Below, piece by piece: positions 1 to 13,500 of a stretch of 64,000 nt of DNA (its first letter is position 1; the number at the start of each line of letters is the position of its first letter). The notes beneath the pieces are model-generated. The model saw only the letters and a list, made by a program, of their open reading frames with translations. It was not told the DNA's origin and searched no databases. Source of the DNA: Balanoglossus misakiensis (Eukaryota; Animalia; Hemichordata); the NCBI GenBank assembly GCA_040954595.2, contig CM082580.2, positions 10,084,390 through 10,148,389 on the forward strand, read 5' to 3'. Position numbers and translations under genes: made by a program.

Positions 1-1121
1 AGGAGAAGGTGGCCGTGGTGGCCGAGACTCAGATGGATCTGCTGGACGGGCAGAAACAGAAAGACATGGATGATGAGCAGGAAATGTACACCGAGGTACA
101 CATTAAAAAAAGTTGATGCCATGTTTTTGGGTCTTCCGCAAAGTTGAGCCTTTGAGTGGCGCATTGCAAGATTTTTATCGTTTGCACACATTTTATCCTA
201 TCTTTTCCCTTAACTCTACACCAAGTAGACATAAATTTTCCATAATTTACAGGTTCTGCCTGCAAATTTCCAAAACTGACGTACAATACTGAATACATTT
301 ACAGCCACTTGTGTGCGTTAACAATCACTGATTCTGTGATTTTTGTTTTTTTCAGATTCGTGAAAATCACAGACAGAAAGAGAAGTCCATCCGAGATTGG
401 AATGATTACATTGCCAGGGTCTCCAACTACGAATATCTCAAGGTAAAATATGAACCTTTGTTCCTGTTGAAATAGCCAATCAAATTAAAAATTTCTAGTT
501 GAGAAACAAGATATGACATGGCTATTTTTTTTTAACATTGCTGCTATTGATTGAGATTTGGTTTAAAGACATGCCTCTTTTCTGTACATAACAGGATTCC
601 AAGAGAAGAATGGACAGCTCGATTGAGAACTCCAGAAACCAGACCAGATATAGAGAAGTGTGAGTAAAGCCCTGTACCATCCTTCACATAACAGTAACAG
701 TGTAAACTTGATTTGTACCCTGTCACTCAGCACCCACTGTATGTCAACAACCATGTTTCTATAGCCATGCTCAAAAATTGTCCACCAACTCTGTTTGACC
801 AAACCTTTGATTTTATTTCTACAGAGAGCTGTTCCACTCTACAGACGAACCCAACCTACAAACAACGGTAAGTTGACTTGAGTTTCATTTCTACATGAGC
901 CCAAAACCCCCAGTCCTTGTTGCTTTGCTGTTGCTTACATGTACATACAGTTTTGAGATATTTGCCAGGTTGAATCCAGGGCAATGGGAATACCTCTGAC
1001 TCCCACAAATCCCACTCTCATTCACACAGACATTCCAGGGAAGACACATCACAGTGGCCAGCACTCCACTGGAACTGACCGGAGCACCCATCCTGAACAC
1101 ACTGACCCACGACAAAGATAA
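1..1121 (+). CDS. 3' part of an unidentified spliced gene (exons <1-95, 356-442, 595-659, 825-867, 969-1121)
   Basis: GT/AG sites with compatible phases (0,0,2,0) give EKVAVVAETQMDLLDGQKQKDMDDEQEMYTE-IRENHRQKEKSIRDWNDYIARVSNYEYLK-DSKRRMDSSIENSRNQTRYREV-ELFHSTDEPNLQTT-VESRAMGIP...DPRQR*, TAA at 1119-1121. Family not recognised. Confidence 0.75.
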
Positions 1122-2091
1122 GGGCGTCACTATGAAAGAACAGACCACAATAATTGTATGATTTCAACATCCACCCCTCCCTCCCCCCAGAAAATACTGT
1201 GATTTGTTGTCATGTTGGAGTCACAAAACCATATTTTTAATATTTTATCAAATCCGTACCAGAAACTTGTAAATAATATAAATCTTCTTCCCCTGTGCGT
1301 GCAAGCATTTTCTATATATAACCAGCACATGACCTCTATGACTTTTGTAATAAAATATGTAAAGTACTCCCTTTTGCATTTAAAATTTTCTTTTGTACAT
1401 ACATTCTTGTGTGTGAAAGGCTCTATGATCAAGGCGAAATGACAAGACAACATCCATTTAATTTTCATTGAGCCACACTAGTTGATATTCTCCATCCTCT
1501 TTTGAAATTAACCCCCTTTTTTTGAAAGTGTTATGATGGACAAGATCCCTGAATCAAGTGAGGAATCAGCAAATCATTTGATATTGCCAAGATGATATAA
1601 GTTTTCTTCTTTTGGTTGGCACCACCAAGTACAGTTTCTGCTGTATGTGTTGTTCTTGCAAAAATAATACACAACATCTAGTGAATGAAAATGATTTTTA
1701 ATTATTTACTTAACATAAATAAAATTTATATGTAAATAATATGAAACGGTTCAGTTATTGCTGTTTATACGAATTTCTAAGGAAGCTCTTGAAATGAGAA
1801 TGTTGTTATTTAATAGTTATAATGTACCTGATTTCTGTTGTTCCTGATACAAAATGTAAACTTCACAGACATGATATGATTGTGCAATACATACATAGAT
1901 AAAAAAATTGAATGATCACCATCATGGACATACATGTATTTGCAGAACTGAAAGCTTACTGCCAGAATGGATGTACAGTAGGTCACATTTCTGTTCGTGT
2001 TTCTAGAATATTTGATCTTGCGGCTATCAGGTGCTGATTTCCTGATGCCTTGGGGAAACTTATATTGCCTCCTTTACTTTAAAAAGTTATT

Positions 2092-4614
2092 TTACGATTC
2101 GCCATCAATCAGCTGCGCGGTATCCGACGTCGTTTCTTTCGGAATTTCCTCGTACGCGGGCGGTGCGTATTCGGGCAGGGAGATGTTCTGACCGGTGGCG
2201 GCGCCGTCTCCTGCAAAGTGAATAAGAAAGAAAACTTACAAGTAACAACGCAAATTGCACGAACAACTGTTTTGTGTTTTCAGAAGTCAACAGAATTTCT
2301 TTCTCATGATTGTGTGTTACTACCCTTTGCGAACATTATACCCAAGTCTTATAATGGTAACTTTAAGACTATAAAATGTGATGTGAGAGCTTGAGCTGTT
2401 TCAATTCTTGCTACCGTAAAATAGGTTGTTACTAATGCAAAAACCTTTTGAAGGTAGTGTGAATTACCTGTAGATTCTTCGTATGTCGGTGGCGTCAGTA
2501 CAACCTGAGTCGGGATTTCGATATCTGTACTGTCGGGGTCACGTCTCGTAGGCACCGCTGGTGTCCTGCTCGTGCTCCTACTACCACCAACGGCGAGGGC
2601 GCAAATCTCACCGTTCATTTTGATGCGAATATCTTTACATGTAAATTTGCGATATATCTGAAAATAAAACAGGGTGGGTTATGATGTTAACTGCGATGCT
2701 GTTTCTCCAGTGAAGTTATATAGACAAGGTTCTTCTATAAACCTTTCATGTACTGAGTTGAATGATGATGCGTTTTGACGATCGACAAAAATTGTCGTCT
2801 GCACCTTTTAAGTCGCACTCAAAGCACACTTGACGCGCACACTCAAACCCGGCGATGCCTTACCGTGTAAGCTGGACACATAAGAAGACAGCAGGGAAGG
2901 CAGCACACCCACAAATCGAAAGTTTCCGATGAGCAATCGAAGCAGTGTTGGAACTTTGTGTGGTTTGTGATACAAATTCGGCCATATTTACTGTAGTACG
3001 AGCCTTGACAGAGGTCGCCCCCGTCTAACGTGTCAGCGAACCACGATTTGATGACGTCCTTGAAATCGAACTGTGGAGGTGGCAAAACCACGTAGAAAAC
3101 GTTAGACTTTAGTTTCTTTAATCCGCATGAGTTGTGGAAAAATAATTCATAGACGTAATGCGCAAACGAGATGCCACAAATCAACAGGTGGTTCATCGCG
3201 AAAGCGCATCCCAAAACCACGTCATCCATGCATGTATGCGTTACATTTACAAGCGCATTAAAAGTTTGGTTGAGCTCATTAAGCTCCATTCAAGCAGCAA
3301 GGAGAAGTTAAGGCAACCTCCCCGGAGGAGCGCCGATGATTACTTTATTGTGCGTGCAAAATGCCATATTCACGACTCCATATACCTCGAGTGAAAATTG
3401 TTCGCCATTCTTCAGACACTTCCGTGCCTGGTCGAACCCGCTCTCCAGTTGCTCTTTAATCTGCGGGTGACTACTGTTGACAAGCACAGCAAAGTATGCT
3501 GGGAAATGAACAAAATATATAACGGTGAATTTTCGCGTTAATGACATCGTTTTTCACCATCATTGTCTGCCTTTCTGTGTCCCCGGCACTATTTTTACCA
3601 CATACTAATGATATATTGTGTTTAATATTTTTAGTCTTACAAATAACAAAGTATTATTAATAATGGCCCAGTCTATCTAATTATACCGATTATACTTGCC
3701 TGTTGTTATTATTCTGAAGTTACCAGACCGTTTCCTGTTTTGGCAAAATACGTCGAAAAACAGTGGTTTCGATATGAAACCTTCAATAAATGCGTCCAAC
3801 TCTTCCTCGGAATGTACCCGGATGATTCTGTAATAATAGACATAAAGTGTATATTTAGATTTTAATCTTCCTATTCGTCAAGATTCGAGCACCGATAGAT
3901 ATACCCAGAACAAGTCAGCCGCTACTGAAATCCCTATATCAGATGAGCTACATCTGGCGCATGCTCAGTTGCTGTGTATTTCCACAAAATCTCAAAACCG
4001 CACTATTTGTAAAACCGCTTAGTGATGGGCACAACAAACCATCGACTCCATGCAGAAAGTACACGTATAGTCTGCACTGCCGTTGTTGACATCTACTAGT
4101 ATACTTAATATCGCTTGTCAACAATAACAATACACATTACATATGCACAGATAGTGTTGACATGTTGATATGGTTAACACCGGGGTGGTTTAGCAAGTGG
4201 GACAAGCAAATGTACCTGATGCCATGGTAATGCCTAGAACAAAGGTTTCTGCCCCTCTGATACTTGAGAGATCAAGTATTAGAGGAGCAGGAGAGAACAT
4301 GGCAATCAGTAATGTGTAATTGTGTATACACAACAGAACAGCGCAATGCAGTCCTGCTGATGGTGTCGCGCAGGTTGGACACTGCTATAGGTGTTAGGGT
4401 AGTGTATCACCACGTCTTACCCTCCCTGAGAGTCGGGAAATTCCTCCCGGTGTCTGTCCGAGTGCACAAAGACATTGACACGACTCGGATCCTGGTGGAT
4501 TGTGGGTTGACCTTCTTCCTCATTCCACTGCATGTCGAAAAAACTCGGCAGGCCGTTGACGAAATCCTCCATGAGCGCCACCCCGATCATCGGCGCTTGG
4601 TTCGGGCGAGACAT
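2092..4614 (-). CDS. Uncharacterised Cys-rich membrane-associated protein, paralog 1 (~308 aa; exons 4421-4614, 3724-3827, 3386-3498, 2864-3070, 2468-2657, 2092-2210)
   Basis: Canonical splice sites, phases 2,1,0,0,1. Motifs VNVFVHSDRHREEFPDSQGG / IIRVHSEEELDAFIEGFISKP / VNSSHPQIKEQLESGF / FDF..YGRICITNHTKF..WVCCLPCCLLMCPAY / IYRKFTCKDI align with two paralogs in the window. Start uncertain (frame open to 4701; first ATG 4614). Confidence 0.85.
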
Positions 4615-7175
4615 TCCGGCCAGGCCTATATACTTCGCTTCCAAATGGTTCAAATTGTCATACGGTTGGAGGAAATACGGCCAAAAACACCTTCTTAATT
4701 TTTAGAAGGGTTGCAAATCGGCGAATTACATTCTGCGCGTGCGCCGAACATTTGATAAAAGTTTAACTAAAAGGTGCAGCATGGAGACACGCCGATATAC
4801 GCACTGTTTGGGGGACTTGGTACCCGTCGGGTAATCATTTACATCGGAGTATTTGCTCACGATACGGCGACGGTGATGATTCATCAACACCCGAGTCAAA
4901 TGCCTCTCCCGACACGCACCAAGACAAGCTGTCCCCAAAGCTATTCTTTTTTTCATCTGACGCCTCAACAAACCTTATTATACCAGAATTCGGTAGGCAA
5001 GAAAATTTCCAGCATTCTCAAAAGACGGATTCTGTTTCCGTTTCCAGGGAGACGCTATTTTTTTAAAGGCGATGACTCAACGACGTTCCTTTCATCGAGT
5101 TCTGATTATATCAATTTGCAAGCTAACACGGCAATATGATTCAAACATGATTTGATTTGTACAGTTGAGCACGTTTACAAGCTGGGTTCGGAAATGATTT
5201 GAGAAGCTTAGGGAAGATTTTATCCAGAAGATACTTTCAGGTAGCTCTGTAAAACCTGTTAATTCAGCTTAGTAGCGTTAATTTCTTCCCAGACAAAAAT
5301 AAAGTTAAGTAATATCCAAGTTGGCGTCTTCGTCGCTTGCAAAGACTTCCGACGACTTTCAAGGCCAGACTTTCCCCTCTTACAAATTAGAACTGCAAAC
5401 TGCTTCTTGACATCACTCCGGCAGCGTTTTTTCCCCCATTGACATATTAGTTTAGTTATTCAATTTGCTGCCGGATTGAGTCATTGGCAAAACAAACAAC
5501 CTTCAGTTTCAGGCACACGACGACCTGCAGCTGACGACATGACGCCTATTAGGTCATCCAACACCGTCTACTGTGTTCCTGGGTGCCGGTTGTACTGTGA
5601 CTCAAACAGAAAAAAAAATAATTGTTCTGAAACATTAATGAACCACGGCAGATCACGAATCACACGTACTCTCTCCTACTCTCTGCACTGCCAATGTCCT
5701 CTCTCGTCCCCGAATGAACGAAACTCATAATCCACTCGAACGAATATTGACTTTCAAGGTGACTCTTCAAGCCGAACCGACAGCTAAGCGATTTCTTCCA
5801 TCATAGCGAAACGCGTTTTACACACACACGCAAAACTCCACATTTTCAACGGTTTGCTTTTTAATTTTCTTTTGTGTGCCTCATCATAAGCCTAAGGGAA
5901 GCAATCTCGATATCGAATACATTGCAGGACCATGATTTGCGATCCCAGGCAGAGATATACTTTCCCAAATGAAACCACACGACTGCCACATATTCAGCGC
6001 ATGCCATACAGTATAAGACTTGATGGGAGATACTCCGCTGACAAACCGGAAAAGCAACTGTCTTAAATTGGATGCACTTAAGCTCGACGGCGTTGATTCG
6101 AAACGTGAGTTGGAAGACAAATCTGCTTTAAACAGGGTAGGCAGGAATGAAATCTTCAACACAAATAGAACACATTGCAGTATCCATTTCACTAAATGTT
6201 CAACTGTGTGTAGACAAATTTATTAGTGACGGAACTTCGTGCTACTCATTCACGGCGCCGCGCCAGGCGAAACCGAAGCAAATGCAGTTGAATCAATTAA
6301 TCATCCAGTCCCAACTTTGTTTTGGATAGTTAACTTTCTACTCAGATCACTGCAAACATTCACAACATTTTTCCATTTCCTGGAAATGGGGAATTTCCCC
6401 GTGAATGATGTTTGCAATCGGTACGGATACTACCTATATATAAGGAAGGACTCTCCAAATGTGTGGGGTTCTTTAAACACGCTACCGAGAAGAAATTAAC
6501 ATATTATTTGCTTTCGTAGGGAATTAAGGGTGACCTGCATCACCCCGAAATTCTGAGAGCTAAAAAGCTGTAAAGAGAATACCCGACAAATAAATATTAG
6601 CGTTATAAGTTTTATAATGACGTTTACTTATAAACATACGTAATATCAATGTGTGTGGCAACAAATGATATCACAAAATAAGTATGACACGAGTAAATAT
6701 GTATAAATTCCATGAAATATACACTTATGAAACTTCTTAACACTCTTGGCCATTTCAGAAGTTGGGTAACCGTATTAGAATAAATATACATCACTGAATG
6801 TAACCTACATCTAAAACTCAACCAAGTTGAATGCTGACATTTTGAATGATCATGCATCGAATAGGAACTAGTCGACTGATTTCCCGTCTTTTCTTGTGTA
6901 TACTATATTCATATATGTTATTACATGTAATTGTATGTCCGATATATACTTGTTAAATCTGCGATAATGCTACGTAAAGTAGAAAGGTGGACATTGGTAT
7001 TGACACTTTGCGAACAAAAAAACACTGGTATGCACCACTCAGATTCCACGTTAGAAAACACTGAAATATATTATTATATAAATACAGCATGCGCTGCTAT
7101 TTGTATGTGACGTAACGGTAGTCATGTTTGAAACACTGCACATGAACGCACACACCGGCAGATATCTACGTCACG

Positions 7176-10100
7176 CAGTCGAGAAACTGGGTAGTGGATT
7201 TGCATATGTTAATGAGATTTTACTTTGAATTTCAACAGCGCCACCATTACTTCAAGAACCGTTGGTGTATTTTTTCACTTTCAGAAAATCGTCTTTTTCT
7301 ACACCAAAAGGTGAGATTTGTGCCACCAAACTTCGTCGCTCAGGTTTGATAGACGTAACCTATCGTCTGATCGAGTTGAAAGTGGAAAATTTATCGTATT
7401 TCTGTTCGATCTCTGATATTATTTGTACGCTACGTCTAGCGAATGTGGTAAAATAAACACTGCGTCGTTTCCGTTTGCAAGCATAAAATTGTTCCAAGTG
7501 TGCTTTTTGTATTAGTTTTATATCTTATATTTTGAACGGATATTGTTTCGTTTTGGCTCAAGCTTCCCAAAGTGGAGTTTCGGGCCATTGAACTTGAGTA
7601 GGTTTTGGGTGGTCGACGCCAGTAAAATCCAATATGGCGGTCACACGCTGCTGATTGTTTACATCGGTTCGTGATCGTGTCACTGAGGTGCATCCACGTG
7701 CCACGCATGATTCTTTGGACTTGTGTATGACTAAATCGTGCATTTTTTCGTCTCACATTAACATAGCTATCTCTTTGCTATTGTTTTACCAGGGAAGTTG
7801 ATTTTTTTCGGATTTATTGGTGCATTTTTGGCTTCCAGGGTTATACTACTTAAGTACTACAGATAACCACAAAACGCATAAAAATGGTGATTGTATGTGG
7901 AGTCAATCCTTGTCTTTGTGGACAAGGAGGGTGCATCGTTCACGCATAAACTCTGTCAGTAAAAATGCACTGTTGCAAATTAACAAAACCTGCTCTGAAG
8001 TGGAAAAAAAACAAGGTTCTGTATACAAACTCAACTGAAATAAAAACAAAAGTTGCAAATATTTTAAATGCAAGGCTTAAAAGTGCTAGCAAGCCTTCAT
8101 TTAATAATTACAAAGCTTACAAGTACCATATTTCCACATTTGTACGACTGGCAGAGCATCGATATAATATTTGTATTAAAAAAATGCGGGATAAGTGTAA
8201 AGTTAAAAATAATGTAGTGAAACAAATAAAAACAGTGTGTAATCAACTGCAAGAGTTTAAAAAATCGCTGCGGTCTGTGTGCAAAATGTCAGGACCTCTA
8301 AAACATCATTGCCATGAGCATCGCCAAAGATTTATAAAAGACAAGTCCATTATTATGGCCGAAACCATGATTAAAAAACGTTTGTCACAATGCAAGACAA
8401 ATGTGAATGAGAGTCAAGCCTTACTCCTGCTATGTGACATACAAAGCAGATTTCTAAATGTCGACAAACTTTATGAATCACTCCTTGATGATCCAGATTT
8501 AGCACAAGTTGACAAAGAAATCAGAGCTAAAGTAATGCAGACATTATATATCACAAGTGGGTGTGATTTCATTTCTTTCTTTGTTGGGTATGGTAAAGCC
8601 TCTTTTCTGAAAATTTTATATCAATTTGCTGAATTTATTACAGGCGGGAGTGTAGCACCTGGCACTCTGTCAGACACAGAATTCATCTGTAGAGAAAGGG
8701 GGTTACTTTCATTTTATCGTCTTATTGGTACACTGTATTACCAAAAACATTACAGTGAATTTTCTTCAGAATCATCAAGCCCCTTTGATCTGTACAAAAC
8801 AATACAAGTAAATAACCAATCAGACAGTCCGGTGGAATTACACACAAAGTGGCTGAGTAAAATAAGAGACACAATACAAGTACGAACGCAGACAAAGCAA
8901 GAGATAATTCCAAATGACACTGCACTAAAATATCACTGGTATAGAACGTGTTTTATTTCTGAACTGTGGTCACAAGCTCACCGACATCACATTACACTTC
9001 CTCCTTATGAAAACTCAGGATACAATGTGGAAAATAAATATACTGTAGGATTCTGTGGAAAATATGCAGAAGGTTCAAGAGCGTGTGATGTTTTACACAA
9101 AAGGGTGTAAATGTAAGAAAACAGGATGCAAGAATAATACATGTAAATGCAAAAAGAAGGGCATGATGTGTGGCCCAGGCTGTAATTGCCTGAACTGTGT
9201 GAACAACAACAACAACAACAACAACAAGGGCAGGGAACTGCAGACAGAAACTGATGAAATTATTGAAGAAGAAACCAATAATGATGATAATGAAATCACA
9301 AATTGTGAAATAGAAGAAATTATTGAGGATGAACAGGAATATGATTTGCCAGAAGAAAATGTTCTCGAAGTTGATGATAACCTTGACAGTGATGATGAAA
9401 TTGCTGGGTAAAACTAGCAAATGTATTTGCCAGGGGGCATGTTACTAACTGTGTGGCTGTACGTGGCGGGGGGGGGGGGGGCATGCAACATACGCGGTGA
9501 CTTGCAAGGAGAGTCAGTATTTCGCATAACCGTAGCCGCAATAATTGTAGCCCTGGTGGACTGGGTCGTGCAGGTTGGCCTTTAGCCCACATCGTGTGGT
9601 TCGCGGCCGGGCGGCTTTAAGGCTTGCGCGAAGCTCACTTTAATTAACGCCGGGAACCTACAGACCTGTACGCAGGACTAACTACAACGCATATCGCATA
9701 CACATTGCGCGCAACATCGAAACCCGGAAGTACGTGACCTTGATCAGTAAACACTGCGTCGTTTGCGTTTGCAAGGCGGCACTACTCCCATATTTGGACT
9801 GAAGTACCTTTGAACTTTCCAAATCATGTGTTTGAAATATCGTGATGGCTCACGACCTCCTTGACCCCTTACCCGTTCGCTGAAAATTGGCCCGTCGTAG
9901 CGCGGTAAATCACCGTAATGGCTGGTGCAGAGATAGGTCGTTAATTGCAAGAAAATGACGCTAAAAATGGCGGATTTTTTCGTTATCCCAATAATTACTT
10001 TATAATACCTCAGAAAAATTGATTTTTCTTTTTCTTTCGGTGTTTTTAACTGAGATAAACCGCTTCTAAAAATGTGTTTACATGACAACGGCGAGGGTTG

Positions 10101-10189
10101 CGAACGCCATGTTTGCAGCGCCCGCGTGTTCGAAAGCGAGGCTCCGGTGATGATAAAATATGCAAATTCACTACCCAGTTACTCGACTG
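7176..10189. mobile_element. Academ-like (XPG-type) DNA transposon, internally deleted, non-autonomous
   Basis: 36-bp TIRs 7176-7211 and 10154-10189 (CAGTCGAGWAACTGGGTAGTGRATTTGCATATKTTA, 3 mismatches); 3-bp TSD ACG at 7173-7175 and 10190-10192; internal XPG/FEN1-like plus Cys-rich coding remnant, the architecture known for Academ elements. Confidence 0.8.
7965..9411 (+). pseudogene. Truncated, frameshifted transposon protein: C-terminal half of XPG/PIN (H3TH) nuclease + CXC/Cys8-type finger + acidic tail
   Basis: LYITSGCDFISFFVGYGK (H3TH motif) and IPNDTALKYHWYR...W...LPP in ORF 7965-9110; frameshift near 9040-9055 into KGCKCKKTGCKNNTCKCKKKGMMCGPGCNCLNCVN. No DDE core or N-terminal PIN motifs visible. 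Confidence 0.75.
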
Positions 10190-10594
10190 ACGACAACAAC
10201 TTACAGTACAAATTACGAACGCAGACAATGTCAAGAGTACTTTGTTGTTTTGCTGTAGCACTGTATTCGTTCGAAAAAACCCGACTACCATCTGTCCACT
10301 GTTACGACTGGGCAGTCATCTTAGCCTCTTCTTCGAAACGACATCAGATTTATGGGATGTGGTTGTTTCGGTCTCCCGCGAAGTGCATCTTTTCATAAAA
10401 GACACGCGATTAAATGACGTCATATAGGATGCGTTCCAGGATAGCGGTGGTGGTAAAAACTGCTTCCCCTGTGCAGTTGATGCCATTGGAACCTTCTTTG
10501 GAAATTGGTATTCCAAGAAACTGTCGACCAATATTCAATACACATGGCCCAGCTATACACCTAAAGGGCGCAGTCTGTTCTTGTAACATATCCT

Positions 10595-13500
10595 TTACAA
10601 AATGCGCATCGTTTTGTCTTTGGCGTCGATGGACAATTGACTGTCCTTCCCGGAAACCGAATGTGTCCATAGCTTGACCCTTTGTCTGACGCTTCCTTGC
10701 GGCGAATCCCTTTTCCCGATGATCTTATTGCCGATGATTGTCGTTTCGATTAGATCTGTTCCCGAGCCCTTATCGACGTGACTTTCCAATATGGCCGCCT
10801 CGACTTTGCTGGGTATCGACTTTGTGTTCAGTTTCACGTTGTACCGGATGTCTCTGCAGGCCAGCTTTCGATAAATCTGACGGGGAAACAATTGAAGCGA
10901 CTTGATTTAGTTTTAGTCGATGCGCATGGGCAGAAGCGTGGTCGAATTGGGGGGAAATATTGGGTGGACGGGACGTGTAAGGGAACGAGTCAGACAGACA
11001 GACAGACAGACAATCCGTAAATTCTAAAAACCCATTAAAATCTGTCGGGTCCGCCATGCGCACTGGCTGACAGAAGCCGTTGAGCTAATACGAACTGCAG
11101 AAATGTACCACACCAAAATACACACACTTAAACGTGTTTCATCTGCAATCTACCTATTCGCAAGGGACGCAAAAAGAAGGCCTGATTCGTGATCCTGCAC
11201 AGTTTGCTCTGCATTGACGTAATCATGACGACAGGGACGCAATACAGAGAGTCTTTATTATAATACGTGCTACGTGTGAACACCGCTATATCTAGTATTT
11301 CCCTTTTCCGAGAATATCTTAAGAGAGGACGTGTTAAATTTAATACCGAATTTCTGAAATTCGCCGCCGATTTCTTGGAAGTACCGGAAAGATAAGTGAG
11401 AGATAAATATCACATTTTCTCGTTTCCATTTATGTAATAAAACATGAGATTTAATATCAACGCCGGTGATTTGTCTATAGCTTCCATGCACTCAACACGC
11501 GACTGTTTATTGATTGCCGCTGTGCTACAGGTGTACTCCGTGTGAAATGTAAGTGTATGAACGAACATGATGCCGTCCCACAGTCAAGCAAATCGTGTAA
11601 AACGCCAAAATTTCTTACTACTGTGCAAATTAATTTTTTTTAAATTAACGGTAACTGACAAATTCTTGTAACTTATAATGTTATGATCAGAGGCACAAAA
11701 TGGTTATGTGTTAATTCACTGCAGATTTTGTCTGAGCGACATGTACTTTCTGAGCGGCCACACCCACAGTCTCGAGCAACTCGATTGGTCAAGCCTGCAT
11801 CAAAACACTTACCATGTAACAGGGGAATGTCAGTAGACACAGCGGCGAGCAGATGACCCACAGGGGACACGTCTGGTCCTTGAATCTGAAGACAGGGGAA
11901 TACTTTCGACAGTTGGAGATGGTGATCTTCCCGAATCCGCACCGGCAGTCCTCCAGTCTGTCCTGGTCTTCCTGGATTTGTATTTTGCTGCACAGGTATG
12001 ACGAAATCGACGATCGGAAATCAAACTGCCAAACGAAGAGAGAGGGAGAGAGAGAGAGAACGTGTAAGGGTAAAATTACATTATCCAACTATCTCATCTG
12101 GAGTGTGTGTTCAGTAAAATCGCTTTCCTCCTATTTATACGACCTTTCTCTTGTCGGCTACTTAACCCCCTTCCTGTAAGGCCTACAGTGTTTGCCCCTA
12201 CACTTTGCACTTATAGACACCTGATTCAAATGGACTGATGGCACTTATTCCTGGAAGAACTTTTTAGCATGTTTAGTACACACACGAGGACATGGTAAGT
12301 TCAATATTGTAAAAGCAACAAAACAACGCTGTGGCTAATTGCCCTACATGACGCTAAGTTATTCTTTATTGGTGGCCTCATTCAGTTGCAACCATAACCT
12401 TCAATGACTCCCGTGTGTGTAGTGTTGAATTTGCCATAAATCTTGGTCGGTGTTTATCATGATGGATTTTAGGATTCCATGCATGCCGTGGTTGGCTCAC
12501 TTTCAAGTTGTTGTCGACAGTTTGAGACGTAATAAACTAAATGCTGTTCAGAATTAATGTATATGCGGAGCGGGTAATGTTTGACTAGCATTTCAAATGA
12601 TTCAAAGTATTCTAGGATTTCTCTCGGTCTCAGTTTCGAAGGGGATGCCACTCACCTCTAGGTAGAATTTCTTGTTTTGCCTCATCAGCTGTTTAGCTTC
12701 TTCCAGTCCTGATCTGAGAATGTTTCTCACACAAGGGTGTTGTGAGTTCACGTACAGCAAAGCGTCCCCTGTTGAGAAAGTGAAACAGCGAATGAATGAA
12801 CTGCGTAGTTCATATTTGATCTACGTGGGCTATAAAACACACCTCGGAAAAGGTACGCCAGTGACAACAACATGAACCATAGACAGCAGCAGTATACTGT
12901 CTGTGTATGAACTCAGTCGTGTATTTGAGTGGTCGCTGTGAACAATTACACGCAAGCAAGGCAAATCTACGCAAAACACATCTTATTCACGTCATTCCTA
13001 ACACAGCCTTTCATCTTTTGATGGTTTCTTTTACGTCATGTAAAATATAAACTACGAACCATCCACCGCAATATCGCGTGACATGAGCAGCTGCGCGAAG
13101 CACGCACACACGATTCAATAAACTCAACGACCGCCGCCCGCTTTTGTTCAAAAATTCAAATTTGTTGCTAATAAAGTTTCAAATATAAGTTAATGCCTAC
13201 TAGTATGTGAATCACTGACAGAAACCAATGGTTACATGCATGTATAATCATATACACATTCATTGTGTGATCATATATACATGTATAGTGTTGTATAGTG
13301 TTGCAAAAGGGGCTATTTCTGAACGGAAAAAAAATCATCATTCTTAATACTGCCAGATTTACTGCTCGCTGTAACAGAGTTTTGCACAATACGTCTGATT
13401 GATGCGTTTGATGATCTCTGTGCGGTCGCTAATGGATCTGGTCTGTGCCACATAAAATGAAATCATGCACTTTTCGATAACAAGTTTGACCTGGTGCATG

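Noticed and set aside
5884-6226. Exon-like + strand segment
   Set aside because: In-frame stops and no recognisable homology.
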